Shown: positions 38,480 through 49,512 of the stretch, piece by piece | Numbering within the stretch: the stretch's first letter is position 1 | How the letters are laid out: every line of letters starts with the position of its first letter | Source: Glaucostegus cemiculus | Taxonomy: Eukaryota | Reading direction: 5' to 3' | DNA: 64,000 nt | Assembly: GCA_976551045.1 (NCBI GenBank) | Contig: CDPCPM010000106.1 | Span: forward strand, 16,802,001-16,866,000 | The notes under the pieces: model-generated | What the model saw: only the letters and a program-made list of their open reading frames with translations | What the model was told of the DNA's origin: nothing | Database searches by the model: none | Made by a program: the position numbers and the translations under genes

Positions 38480-38662
38480 GGATTAAGGGTAATGACATGA
38501 ATTGAAAGCTGAAAATTGAGAGTAGAAATGAGTGGGTCTCTTTTGGGCAGAGAGGCTCTGACTAGCTGCATATCACAGGGATCTACGGTGGAGCCCCAGC
38601 TGTTAGCAATACATATCAATGGCTTGATTGAAAGAACCAAATGTAATGTGTCCAAATTTCCC
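38480..38662 (+). mobile_element. Old CR1 RT fragment (outer layer of the nest)
   Basis: RVEMSGSL..LTSCISQGSTVEPQLLAIHINGLIERTKCNVSKF, i.e. the VTSGVPQGSVLGP..YINDL..SKFADD region. Confidence 0.8.
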
Positions 38663-39086
38663 TTATTTAGAGAAACGGAGCTGACGACATTATATTGTTC
38701 TATTTCTATTGAATTTTAGCCCAGTTTTTTTTTTCTTCTTGTTTTGTTTTTTTTCCCCTTTTTTTTAAATTCATTTTTGGTTCAATTTACTCTATATTAT
38801 TATGATTTTTTAAATTGTTTTTTCTTAAAATGTTTTGGGTTTTTTTTTGTTTTGTTTTTTCTTCTAATTATATAACAAATCTTTTTCTTTTTTATTTTTT
38901 ATATTACACTTATGAACTGAGATATTGTTGGAATTATTTCTTTTATATACATCATACTTTATTGCTTTTTTTATGATTATCTACGATTTATTTGATATTT
39001 ATATAATACATGTGTAAACATTGTTGTTATATATCTTAACCTGTAATGATTTGTTATCAATAAAAAAGATTGAAAAAGAAAAAGAA
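38663..39086 (+). mobile_element. 5'-truncated L1-like 3' UTR insertion with 10-bp TSD
   Basis: T-rich body, AATAAA at 39059, A-rich tail 'gattgaaaaagaaaaagaa'; caaatttccc at 38653-38662 and 39087-39096. Confidence 0.7.
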
Positions 39087-39096
39087 CAAATTTCCC

Positions 39097-39819
39097 CTAA
39101 CAGTGTTGATGTGCAGAGGCATCTTGGGGTCCAAGTCCACAATCGCCTGAAAGTGGCTATGGGTTGATAGGGTGGTAAAGAAGGCACATGGCATACTTGC
39201 CTTTATTAGTCGAGGAAATGAGTTCAAGAGGCGGGAGGTTATGTTGCAGCTTTATAAGCTTTAGTTAGGCTGCACCTGGTGTATTATATTCAGTTCTGGT
39301 TACCCATTATAGGAAGGGTGTTGAGGCTTTGGAGAGGGTGCAGAAGAAGTTTACCAGGATATTGCCTGGATTAGAGGGCATATATATATAGAGAGAGACA
39401 AACTTTGGTTGCTTTTTCTAGAGCAGCGAAGGCTGAGGGGAGATCTGACAGAGGTTTATAAGATTATGAGGGGCATAGATAGAGCCAGTATCTTTATCCC
39501 AGGGTTGAAATATCTAATACCAAAGGGTATGCATTTAAGGTGAAAGATTGCAAGTTCAAAGGTGATGTATGGGGCAAGTTTTTCTACACAGAGAGTGGTG
39601 GGTGCCTGGAATGCACTGCCTGGGGTGATGGTGGAGGCAAATGTGATAGACGTGTTCAAGAGGCTCTTAGATAGGCAAATAAATGTGCAGGAAGTGAGAA
39701 GATATAGACATTATGAAGGCAGAAGGGATTAGTTTAGTTGGGCTTTTGACTACGAATTTAATTAGTTTGGCACAACTTTGTGGGCCAAAGGGCCTGTTCC
39801 TGTGCTGTACTGTTTTGTG
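39097..39819 (+). mobile_element. CR1 3' fragment (same subgroup as 16147-16975)
   Basis: 'gtgcagaggcatcttggggtccaagtccac..ggagagggtgcagaagaagtttaccagg..gggccaaagggcctgttcctgtgctgtac'. Confidence 0.9.
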
Positions 39820-40012
39820 GATGATGTTTCCCTTGCTTGGATTGACTAGAACCAGAGGGTCACATAATCAAAATAAGAGATCTACTTTTCACAAGATCAC
39901 AAGATCACAAGACAATGGAGCAGAAGCAGGCCAGTCGGCCCATCGAGTCTGCTCCAAAGGGAAGGGAAGGTGGGGGGGGGGGAGAAAAAAAAAAAAAAAA
40001 AAACCTACTATT

Positions 40013-42115
40013 CTAAGTCCAAATCCCTGCCTTATCTCCATATCCCCTGATACCTTGACCAATTAGATATCTATCTATTTCCTTCTTGAATATCCCCAAT
40101 GATCTGGCTTCCACTGCTCTCTGTGGTAAGGAGTTCCACAGGTTCACCACCCTCTGGCTAAAGAAATTCCTCCTTATCTCTGTTGTGAACCTGCTTCCTC
40201 TAATTCTAAGTTTGTGTCCTCTAGTCCTGGATTCCCCCACCAAGGGAAACAGCTTGACCACATTCACTTGATCCATTCCTTTCAACATCTTGTACGTTTC
40301 TATTAGGTCCCCTCTCATTCTTCTGTACTCCAACGAGTACAGTCCAAGTGACGACAGTCGCTCGTCATATGTAAACTTTTTCATCCCAGGAATCATCCTA
40401 GTAAATCTCCTCTGAACCCTCTCCAACATCAGCACATCCTTCCTAAGGTATGGGGCCCAAAACTGCACACAGTACTCCAAGTGAGGCCTCACCAGTGCCC
40501 CATATAGCCTCATCAACACTTCCTTGCTTTTATATACTATACCCCTCGAAATAAATGCCAACATAGCATTCGCTTTCCTTACTGCCGATCCAACCTGGCG
40601 GTTAACCTTTAGGTTATCCTGTACGAGCACCCCTAAGTCCCTTTGTACTTCTGTGCTTCCAATTTTATCTCCTTCTAGATAATAGTCTGCCCTTCCATTT
40701 CTACTTCCGAAGTGTACAACTGCACATTTTTCCACGTTGAACCTCATCTGCCATTTCTTCGCCCATTCTCCTAGAATATCCAAGTCTCTCTGTAACTTTC
40801 CTGTCTCCTCAATACTCTCCACTCCTCCCCCAATCTTAGTGTCATCTGCAAACTTGGCCACAAACCCATTGACTCCTTCGTCTAAATCATTAATATATAA
40901 GGTAAAAAGAAGGGGCCCCAACACCGACCCCTGCGGAACACCACTAGTAACCGGCAGCCAACCAGAACACGATCCTTTTATTCCCACCCTCTGTTTTCTG
41001 CCATCCAGCCAACTCTCCACCCATTCTGTTATCCTGCCCGTTATTCCGTGATCTCTCATCTTACTAATTAGTCTTTTGTGCGGCACCTTGTCGAATGCCT
41101 TCTGAAAGTCTAAATACACTACATCTACGGCCTCTCCCTTGTCCACCCTGCCTGAGATTTCTTCAAAAAACTCCAATAAATTGGTCAGGCAGGATCTTCC
41201 CTTCACGAATCCATGTTGACTAGGACCTATCTTGCCTTGCACCTCCATGTATCCCATCACCTCATCCTTGAGGATCGATTCTAGTATCTTCCCCACCACA
41301 GATGTAAGACTGATAGGTCTGTAATTTCCTCTGTGCTGTCTCCCACCTTTCTTATACAATGGAACTACATTCGCGACCCTCCAGTCCTCCGGCACCTCTC
41401 CAGCGTCTATCGATTCCTGAAAAATTATCACTAATGCCTCCACTATTTCTAGAGCTACTTCCTTCAGTACACGGGGATGTATCTCATCCGGTCCCGGAGA
41501 CTTATCAGTCTTTAACCCATTTAGCTTCCCCAACACTTTCTCTCTCGTAACCTTAACTGTCTTTAATTCCGTCCCTCGAGACCCTTGACTAACCGGTATA
41601 TTGTTAATATCTTCTACCGTGAAGACCGACGCAAAATACTGATTTAGCACCTCCGCCATCTCTTTATCACCCATAATAATCTCTCCCACCTCATTTTCTA
41701 TCGGTCCTATATCAACCCGCGTCTCTCTTTTGCTTCTTATATATTTAAAAAAACTCTTAGTATCCTTTTGAATATTTTCTGCCAATTTCATTTCGTAATT
41801 TCTCTTTTCTTTTCTAATGACCTTCTTAGTTTCTTTCTGTAGGTTCTTAAAAGTTTCCCAGTCTTCTTTTTTTCTGCTTTTTCTCGCTACCTTATATGCC
41901 CTCCCTTTTGCTCTTATTTTAGCTTTCACCTCTCTCGTTATCCACATTTGTGCCCTTTTTCCATTTAAAACCTTCTTTTTTCTTGGAATGTGTCTGTCCT
42001 GCATTTTCTTTATTACTTGCTTAAATTCCACCCATTTATGTTCGGCCGTCCCTCCAGCGAGCTTATAATCTGGGCCAACTCTTCTCTCATCCTTCTGTAA
42101 TTCCCCTTGTTCCAC
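40013..42115 (-). CDS. CR1 ORF2 reverse transcriptase region (700-aa open frame; the annotated start is artificial)
   Basis: KSPGPDEIHP, NYRPISLTSVVGK, QHGFVKGRSCLTNL, YLDFQKAFDKV, SGVPQGSVLGP, FADD, HLEYCVQFW motifs. Confidence 0.95.
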   Translation of the reverse strand: MEQGELQKDERRVGPDYKLAGGTAEHKWVEFKQVIKKMQDRHIPRKKKVLNGKRAQMWITREVKAKIRAKGRAYKVARKSRKKEDWETFKNLQKETKKVIRKEKRNYEMKLAENIQKDTKSFFKYIRSKRETRVDIGPIENEVGEIIMGDKEMAEVLNQYFASVFTVEDINNIPVSQGSRGTELKTVKVTREKVLGKLNGLKTDKSPGPDEIHPRVLKEVALEIVEALVIIFQESIDAGEVPEDWRVANVVPLYKKGGRQHRGNYRPISLTSVVGKILESILKDEVMGYMEVQGKIGPSQHGFVKGRSCLTNLLEFFEEISGRVDKGEAVDVVYLDFQKAFDKVPHKRLISKMRDHGITGRITEWVESWLDGRKQRVGIKGSCSGWLPVTSGVPQGSVLGPLLFTLYINDLDEGVNGFVAKFADDTKIGGGVESIEETGKLQRDLDILGEWAKKWQMRFNVEKCAVVHFGSRNGRADYYLEGDKIGSTEVQRDLGVLVQDNLKVNRQVGSAVRKANAMLAFISRGIVYKSKEVLMRLYGALVRPHLEYCVQFWAPYLRKDVLMLERVQRRFTRMIPGMKKFTYDERLSSLGLYSLEYRRMRGDLIETYKMLKGMDQVNVVKLFPLVGESRTRGHKLRIRGSRFTTEIRRNFFSQRVVNLWNSLPQRAVEARSLGIFKKEIDRYLIGQGIRGYGDKAGIWT

Positions 42116-42337
42116 TGAAATGTCGACACTCCAGTCATCAGCTTCTCCTTTTCAAATTTCATTCTGAACTCAATCATATTATGGTCACTAGTTCCTAATG
42201 GTTCCTTTACCCTTAGTTCTCTAATCACCTCCGGTTCATTACACAACACCCAATCCAAAACAGCCGATCCCCTGGTGGGCTCATCAACAAGTTGTTCCAA
42301 AAAGCCATCCCGTAAACATTCAACAAACTCGCTCTCC
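42013..42337 (-). pseudogene. CR1 ORF2 endonuclease C-terminal part, frameshifted relative to the RT near 42065
   Basis: EQLVDEPTRGSAVLDWVLCN..EPLGTSDHNMIEF (APE LD and SDH motifs). Confidence 0.9.
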
Positions 42338-42530
42338 TGAAGTGCAAAGACATTTCTTCACCCGAAGCTAGTAAATCTTTGGAATTTTCTACTAGAAGGC
42401 TGTAGGGTCTCAGATGCTGAGTATTCAAAGTAGAGGTCAATAGATTTTTCACTATTAAGGGACCAAAAGGAAATGGGCATGAGTATGTTGAAGTAAAGGA
42501 TCAGCCACAATCTTTTTGAATGCTGGGGAA
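42338..42530 (+). mobile_element. Old CR1 3' end; continuation of 39820-39889
   Basis: 39820-39889 reads MFPLLGLTRTRG..; resumes as EVQRHFFT..VNLWNFL after the young CR1. Confidence 0.8.
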
Positions 42531-42624
42531 GGTGCAGAACGCAAAATACACTACTGAGTCTCTTCTGAACTAATTGAAAGAGAACCAGAGTTAAGTTTTT
42601 AGGTTGAAGTTCCATCAACAAAAT

Positions 42625-42725
42625 AGAAATGTTAATCTGTTTCTCTTTCCACAGATGCTGCCTGACCCTCTTAGTGTTTCCAGGGTTCTCTGTTTTTTGT
42701 TTCAGATTCCCAGCATCTGACGTTT
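42625..42725 (+). mobile_element. Penelope pseudo-LTR end
   Basis: 'gaaatgttaatctgtttctctttccacagatgctgcctgaccc..ttcagattcccagcatctg'. Confidence 0.7.
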
Positions 42726-43049
42726 TTAAAAAAATTTACACATGCTTGTTGAGGAGTCAAAATCCTGCTGTCACAGCAAGGATGCAGTGTTGTGTGACGC
42801 AACCAGCACACACAATGAGATTGATTCTGAAAAGATTTAGTAGCATAAACCTGGGCATCTAGGAGGTGGTGTGGGCCATCAGCAGGGACTGAAGTGTAGA
42901 ATGCGAAGGTGAAGAGCAGGTCAGGGATTGCAGCAGGTTTATCCTAAAAGAAGGAGCCATTCCAGTAAAGCTATAACACAGATCCATATGCATGTTAAAG
43001 CTATAGCAATGAACAGATCAGATTGTAACTCTGCAATCTTCTCACAATA

Positions 43050-43520
43050 AGTCATGAATATAGTGAGCAATTATACAACTGATGGTTGAAGCAAACTTCA
43101 TGAAAATCCTTATTCTCAAAGAAGATAAACTGTAGCATGAGAAGGTGAAGGACAATGTTGTAGCACTTGCAATCACCTTCAAATTAATGCGCTGTGTGGA
43201 TTCCATTTTGACGACCCGGAGGGAAGCCAATCTTTAGCCAATTTACTTTGTGCCAAGTGACTGCAAAGCAATGGTTGAACACACCAAATGCAGTGCAGGC
43301 TATAGACCCTGATTGTGATTCTGAAAACAAACTTTGGAATGAATTGCACTTCTAGTCAAGCTGTTCCTCTGCAGCTGCAGCACTGGTATCAACCCTACAA
43401 GGCAGAAAATGCCCATAGGTACATCCTTGCCCCTAAAAGCAGGATCAATCTAATCTGACCAATTACAGCCCAACATTGCATTCCTCAAATTGGCTTTGAT
43501 GTGCGATGGAGTGAATTTGT
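43050..43520 (+). mobile_element. Old Crack-like LINE RT N-terminal fragment
   Basis: 'gaattgcacttctagtcaagctgttcc..cactggtatcaaccctacaaggcagaaaat..aaaagcaggatcaatctaatctgaccaattacagcccaac' (cf. LAKLF..TGIYP..WK..K.DKSNPANYRPI). Confidence 0.6.
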
Positions 43521-44112
43521 GATAGTTGCCCAATGAATCCCAACTGAAAACATCACGAATGGATAGATTGTTGCATTTAAGACTAAGTGAAATTTTATAA
43601 GTGTGAAATATGGCCTCCTTCGTGAAGAGACTCATTCGTCAAATGTTAAAAATAGATAAAGATTTTTGACTTTACTTTCTGTTGTATCTCTCTTAATGCC
43701 ATCATTTATATGGAGATGGTTGAAATCTAATTTATGCTTCATGATTTATTCATACATTAGACATGACATATCTCAATGAGGTTTCTAAGCTTTGATTGGC
43801 TTAAAAGTCACACTGTTGCTTAACAGTTGTCTGAGATTCTTTATTTAGATTAACAAGATGGATTATTGCAAAGCACTATTCTAAAGCTTCCTTTAATTTT
43901 GAAGGTAGCTGTCAATGAGCTGAACAGTGAACACCATTCCTTGCATGCTGACTGCAAAATCCTGGCAATTGTTGACAGGATAATTATTTTCTACAAGCGA
44001 GACAGAGATATAGATTTGGAAATAATATACGGTGCCATATATTGTTATTCTGTTCACTTGGTTGTAAGTTATGACTTTAGATCAGTGCAATTCATGTATT
44101 TCCTCACAACAT

Positions 44113-44438
44113 TGAAGGCCATTAGGCCTATTGAACATATGCTAGCCCTCAGACCAATCTCATCAATCCCATTCATTCTTTCCCTTCACCGGTTCTCTCT
44201 CATATGCCTATTAACTACATACCCCCACCCCCTCACCCCACATTCAATTCATCTACCTATGCTAAAGACAATTTCTATTAGCCAATTTACCTAATGACCA
44301 GCACTTCTTTGGGATATGATGGCCAGTCAGAGCACCTAAAAGATCACAGGGAAAACATGCAAATTCCACATGGACAGCAGCAGGGGTCAGAAGCAAACCA
44401 GGGTCACTGGAGCTGTGAGCAGTACCTCTGTGCTGCTC
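44113..44438 (-). mobile_element. Older V-SINE
   Basis: 'cacagggaaaacatgcaaattccacatggacagcagc..ccagggtcactggagctgtgag' plus CR1-like tail 'aggccattaggcctattga'. Confidence 0.6.
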
Positions 44439-46019
44439 CAGTTAGACTATCCAGCTATGCCTGAGTTATGGTATATTTACGGCTATACTAATGCGTTGGC
44501 GATGCACCAGGGAGGAATGATCTGGATGAGATTTAAGAAGAAACGCAGGCAAAGGTGATTTGTTATTTGAATAAAGAGAGCCAGCATCAAGGATCGGGGA
44601 CAGGCAATAAAAGGCTCTCAGCATTTGCAATATTTACAGATATAATGCATATTACATCATTTCAGTCAATCTATATATCCTGGACAATAAGTGCTGTACT
44701 GGCAGACACAGGTTTAGTGAATTTCAAGTTAGACTGGGGATTAGAAGACATTCTTTCCCTCTTAGAATATTGGATAGTAAGATGTTAATACCGTTTTAAT
44801 TAGGTTCAGAAAATAGGGAGAAACATATCTAGTGAGAGGATTGAAGGTTACAAGAATAAGCTTAGTCGAAGGATATGAAATATTTTGCAGAGCTAGATAT
44901 CCAGGGAGAGATTGCAGTTTGTTATGGTGGTAGCCAGGTGAATATTCTGGAAATCTGTTTGTTAACATTTGGGTGAAAGTTATTCATATCCATTGACCAA
45001 TGGAACAGAAAGTACAGCGATGAGTACAATCAGCAGCCAGTATACACAGATGTGTTTGGCACAAGTGGCAAAAACAAATGACTGCCTCTCCCCCTCACCC
45101 CACCATAGTTTCCATGTGGGAAAATAAATAATCTTCTCACAACCATTTTCCATTTCCAGCAACTTGTGTATTTTCCTGCTAGTTATTTATCAAAAACCGT
45201 TTCATTTCTCATCTTTGAACTTATTGATCTTTCTCTTCTCATAATAAGAATAATTTTATAAAGTAATAGCTTCTTTCCTCACTGCAATAAAGCAATTTTT
45301 TTTCTTTGCTCCCTTCTTTCCTTTGCATCAATACTGAATGAATTCTACACCTCAATGATTTCAATCTCTATCTAAATTCTTCATGCAGTCTGTGTTTCCT
45401 GCCTTCCTGTCGCTGACAACCGCTCAATATAATCTTCCCAAGACTTAATCATAAATGAATATCTCATAGAGCGAGTCCAAATGAGTTAATGAGAACAGTT
45501 ACAAGCATTTTATGCATCTTTGCATGTGTAATGTGTTGTTAATAGTGAGGCTGGGGGACAAATCCAGTGAATCAGGCTATAGGAAGTGAAAACAGAAGAC
45601 TGAGCTTGTCATGATTTTGAGTACTGGCCCTTGATTTGGCTCCTTGGATGCCTCATTGTACAGCACATGGATTCCATGCTGGACTGATTGCATAATGACA
45701 CACACCTGAAGCCCTGTCAGGGGCCTAGCATAAGTACCTGGGTTTCTCTAGCACTAGTTGCCAGAGTATTGGTCAACTGTCAGGTATACTTTGGCTCCTT
45801 GCTGCTTAGAGTGGTCTACTCTAGAGCAGTCCTGTATTCTCTAGTCCTGCTTGAAGATTCAGTTTGTGTTGGGATTACTACTCAGATCTCTGAGGCAAGA
45901 TTCTTTCCAGTTGCTGCCTGTGTTTGGTCCTGAGGAAGTATCCTGACTCCAAGCTGGTACCAGTATGCTGCATTTGGGTTTTCTGTGATCTTGCTCTTCA
46001 ATCAACATTGTGACAGAGC

Positions 46020-47145
46020 TGAAATAATGACAGGCAGAGTTGGTCAGTTCTGATGCAGACAGAAAGAAAGAGTAAATTACTTAAAATTAGAGGATTTGGT
46101 ATTGAGTCCTGCAGGTGATGACAATGCCTAGACAGAAACTGAGGTTATAGAAAGATTGGAATGGAGTTGGATAGTGAATTAAAGTAGAAGCACTCAAAAA
46201 TTTGGGGTCATTTCTCAGAACTCAGATGCTCCTCAAAGCTATCATTCAATCTGTATTTCATCATGATTCATTGTCTTATGGCACATTTCCATGCAGCCAC
46301 AGGAGTGGCAACAACTATCCTTACACATCTGCCCTTCCAACCATAAAGTGACCCAGACAGTCCTTCCACGTGAAGCAGCTGATTCACTTTCACTTCCCTG
46401 AGCTCAAGTGCATCTGGGTAAGGACAACTAGACCGTGCAATAGCTTCTTTCCATAAGCTATTAGAACTATGAACTCCCTCATCCCTCCATCACTCCCGCC
46501 AACACTAAAGGATGTTAGGCATACAGAAACACACCAGCACTTTAAATGTCTGTTGCCAGTACACTCACTTTAAGATTATTTATTTAAGTTGTATAATTTA
46601 ACTTTGTGGTTCTAATGTTTTTTAGTGTCTTTCTGTCTTTGTGTTTCTCAGTGTCTGCTTCTCTTTTTTTAATGTGATGTGCACCTTGAACTGTAGAGTA
46701 CGGTATTTTGCTCCTATGTATATTGTATGTGTATATGGTAGTGACAATAAAACTGATTCTGATCACTTTCTGTAACAATCTTTCTGTCTGCATCAAATTG
46801 ATCATTTTTTACTCAGTTTTTCATACCATATTTGTATAGCCTGGGGTGCTGGGCATTTTCCACTCTTCACTATTAGCAACACATTACATAGACAAAGAAA
46901 CATAATGTGCCTGTAACTGCCCCATTAACTCATCTGGTCTCATCCTATCTGAGATATTCCCTTTGCCTTATTCTTCTGCCCTGCTCCCCCCACTACTCTG
47001 CTACTGAAAACTAATGCACTTTTCTCTCTTTACCAGCCTGACAAATGGTCTGGACCTGAAACATGAACTGTTCCTCTTTCCACAGATGCTGCCTGACTTG
47101 CTGAGTGCCTCCAGAACGTTTTGTTTTTATTTTAGATTTTCAGCA
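46020..47145. mobile_element. Decayed Penelope-like element with inverted segments, interrupted by Rex1
   Basis: Minus-strand GIY-YIG end (about 46070-46260), plus-strand GTFPCSHRSG..QSFHVKQ (46280-46390), plus-strand pseudo-LTR 47030-47145. Confidence 0.6.
46405..46763 (+). mobile_element. Rex1/Babar-type 3' end
   Basis: VRTTRPCNSFFP*AIRTMNS; tail 'gtgacaataaaactgattctgat'. Confidence 0.7.
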
Positions 47146-47236
47146 GCTTTTTTTTAATTTTTATGAATGTTTCATAACCTTGATGCCATGATTGTCATCA
47201 GGGTGAAATTTGGGCAACAGCAGCATTATTATTAAT

Positions 47237-47490
47237 GGGCGGCACGATAGCGTAGCGGTTAGCGCGATGCTGTTACAGCGCCAGCAATCGGGGTTCGATT
47301 CCCGTCGCTGACTGTAAGGAGTTTGTACATTCTCCCGTGTCTGCGTGGGTTTCCTCCGGGTGCTCCGGTTTCCTCCCACATTCTAAAGACGTATGGGTAG
47401 GCTAATTTGGGGGTTTAAAATGGGCGGCATGGACTCGTTGGGCTGAAAGGGCTTGTTACCACACTGTAAATAAAATTTTAAAAAAAATTA
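47237..47490 (+). mobile_element. Full-length young V-SINE type 1
   Basis: Highly similar to 15890-16145 over its full length. Confidence 0.93.
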
Positions 47491-47519
47491 AAATATGGCT
47501 TATTTCCACCTTTGTATCA

Positions 47520-48005
47520 TGTGCTGGCTCTGATTATTTCATTGCAATCCAGGCCAGCCACCTTCTCTCAACCATGTGTCTCTCTATGCTGTGTAAATAA
47601 AGTTCATCAAAATTTCTGCCAGCTGTATCCTGCCTATTGACCTGAATTGACTCTTTCAAAAACTCTGCTTTCTTTTTAATCGTCATCTTTAATGTACAAT
47701 CCATTCAAGCCTCATCCCTCCCTTTCTCTGCAGCTTTCTTCACCTGTACATCTCCTTCAATTCTTCCCTCTTACTCACCTCCATTTTTAATGCTTCATAA
47801 CTGGTGATCATGTCATCAGCTGCCAAGGAATCCCACCCTAGACTTCTCCATGCTGTCTTCTCCTTTATGTAACTCCCTAAAAACTTAACCGTTGTTTATT
47901 TTCCCTAATGTATCTGAAGGTTCAGGTTTTTTTTTGCTAATGTTCCTTTGGCCTTAGGAAACTTTACTATGTTAGAGATGCTGTAAAAAACAAATAGCTG
48001 TTGTG
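47520..48005 (+). mobile_element. L2 LINE 3' relic
   Basis: Tail 'ttaggaaactttactatgttagagatgctgtaaaaaacaaatagctgttgt'. Confidence 0.5.
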
Positions 48006-48639
48006 GTAAATGAAAACTTGGCCTTTAGGCACACGTCTGGTATTTACTCAACAAGCTGTAGTTATCCATGTGGTCAAGTTCTCACAGATGGAATATTTTT
48101 GTTGCAGATAAATTTCAAGATTGTGCAAATCGTGCATTGCTGATTTTTTCATTACAAAGTTTTGGTGCTATTACAGCACTATCAACAAAGTTCTTACAAT
48201 ATCGGCTCTGTTTATTTTCTCGACCAGCTTATCTCAACTTCAAGTGCACTTGGCACCTCTAACATGATTATTCTTCAACTATGTATTCTCCACAAACAGC
48301 GTTCTATCAAAGTGTAATGGAAAATACTTTGAAGTTTAAACACTATATCATTTTTCAAAATCTTTTGCATTTTCAATTACAAATAGATAATGCTAATATT
48401 TTTAAAAAGTAATCTATTGAATTATTGGACCAGACAGATTTTTACAAGAACCCAATACTTTCATGCTCACAGTTTCTAGCGTTGGTTCTTTACTTACTTG
48501 AAATATACACCCACATAGCATGGGGGGATTTGAACATGTATCCGGATCAATAGTCTGGGCCTTTGGCTGTTTATCCAGTAAATTTATGCATTGTGATACA
48601 ATACCCATTCTTCCTGTTAGATAGACAGAAAATCATCAG

Positions 48640-49240
48640 CAATGGGCTCTCTTACCAACCATTTCACTCTCCAATCCTCCAAACTATCCTTAGCTACTTT
48701 CTATTTCATGTCCATTTGCTGTTCCAATACTTCAAGTTCTTTATGTAAACTCCAAAATTCAGGTCTGATGCACGCCTCTCTAGATTCTGCTACTGCCTCT
48801 GTTCTCTCAGACTTCCTGCTTAACATGCAGCCCAAGGTAAAGTTCAATTTGCCTCAAGTCAACTTTGAGAAAACTACAATTATTATTGTCCTCTATTATA
48901 AACATCCGTCCTTTCACCACTGTTAATCCCCCTCCCCATCCATTACGTCAGGGTCATGTATTATCTCTGCTGAGTAGCCAACCTTGATCTTTTCAATTAT
49001 CAGAATTGTTGACTTCTACCTGTAGAGTATCTCCTTTCTTCTCGACCAATCTACTGCTGAAATCCTGGTCCATGTTTCAGTGCTTTCTGGAGTCCATTAT
49101 CCCAATGTGTTCTGGCCAGCAGCAGTTCGTTTTCCTTCATAACCCTGAGCTCATCCAAAATTCAGCTGCACATACCCAGCTCATCCTTCACCTCTGTGCT
49201 CACTGGATTACAATGCTTAGAGGCTCTCGTACCAGTTGAC
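48640..49240 (+). mobile_element. L2 LINE RT C-terminal relic
   Basis: LKSTLRKL/QVNFEKT region followed by LHNPELIQNSAAH..HW (cf. LxxIQNSAAR..LHWLP). Confidence 0.6.
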
Positions 49241-49512
49241 CAATCAGCTACATTTATTAATTCAAAATAATTATCAGAAGGCTGCTTAAAACAAAAACCA
49301 GTATGCAGTATTCTCACAATGATGTATCCATGTTTTATAGTGAAGTCGAACAAAGCTGCTTTTGAGGCATAGTCTGAAGTAGTTCTATTTCAAATCTTTG
49401 GCCATCCATAGTTAAAGACTACATTATTAGAGACATCTAAATGGAAAACTAAACCTCAGCCTTAAATTCTTCCAGTAGATTCCCTGGATCATGTATCATA
49501 CATACTGCAACC

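Larger units (their letters stand above)
39890..42337 (-). mobile_element. Young 5'-truncated CR1 LINE
   Basis: APE end, RT and C-terminus; 3' stem GGAGCAGA..TCTGCTCC (39917-39955); (CTTGTGAT)n tail; many CpGs retained. Confidence 0.97.

Noticed and set aside
40013-42115. Domesticated RT gene or retron-like system
   Set aside because: It has an ordinary CR1 3' stem and tail, a 5' truncation and a frameshift, with no promoter or partner gene
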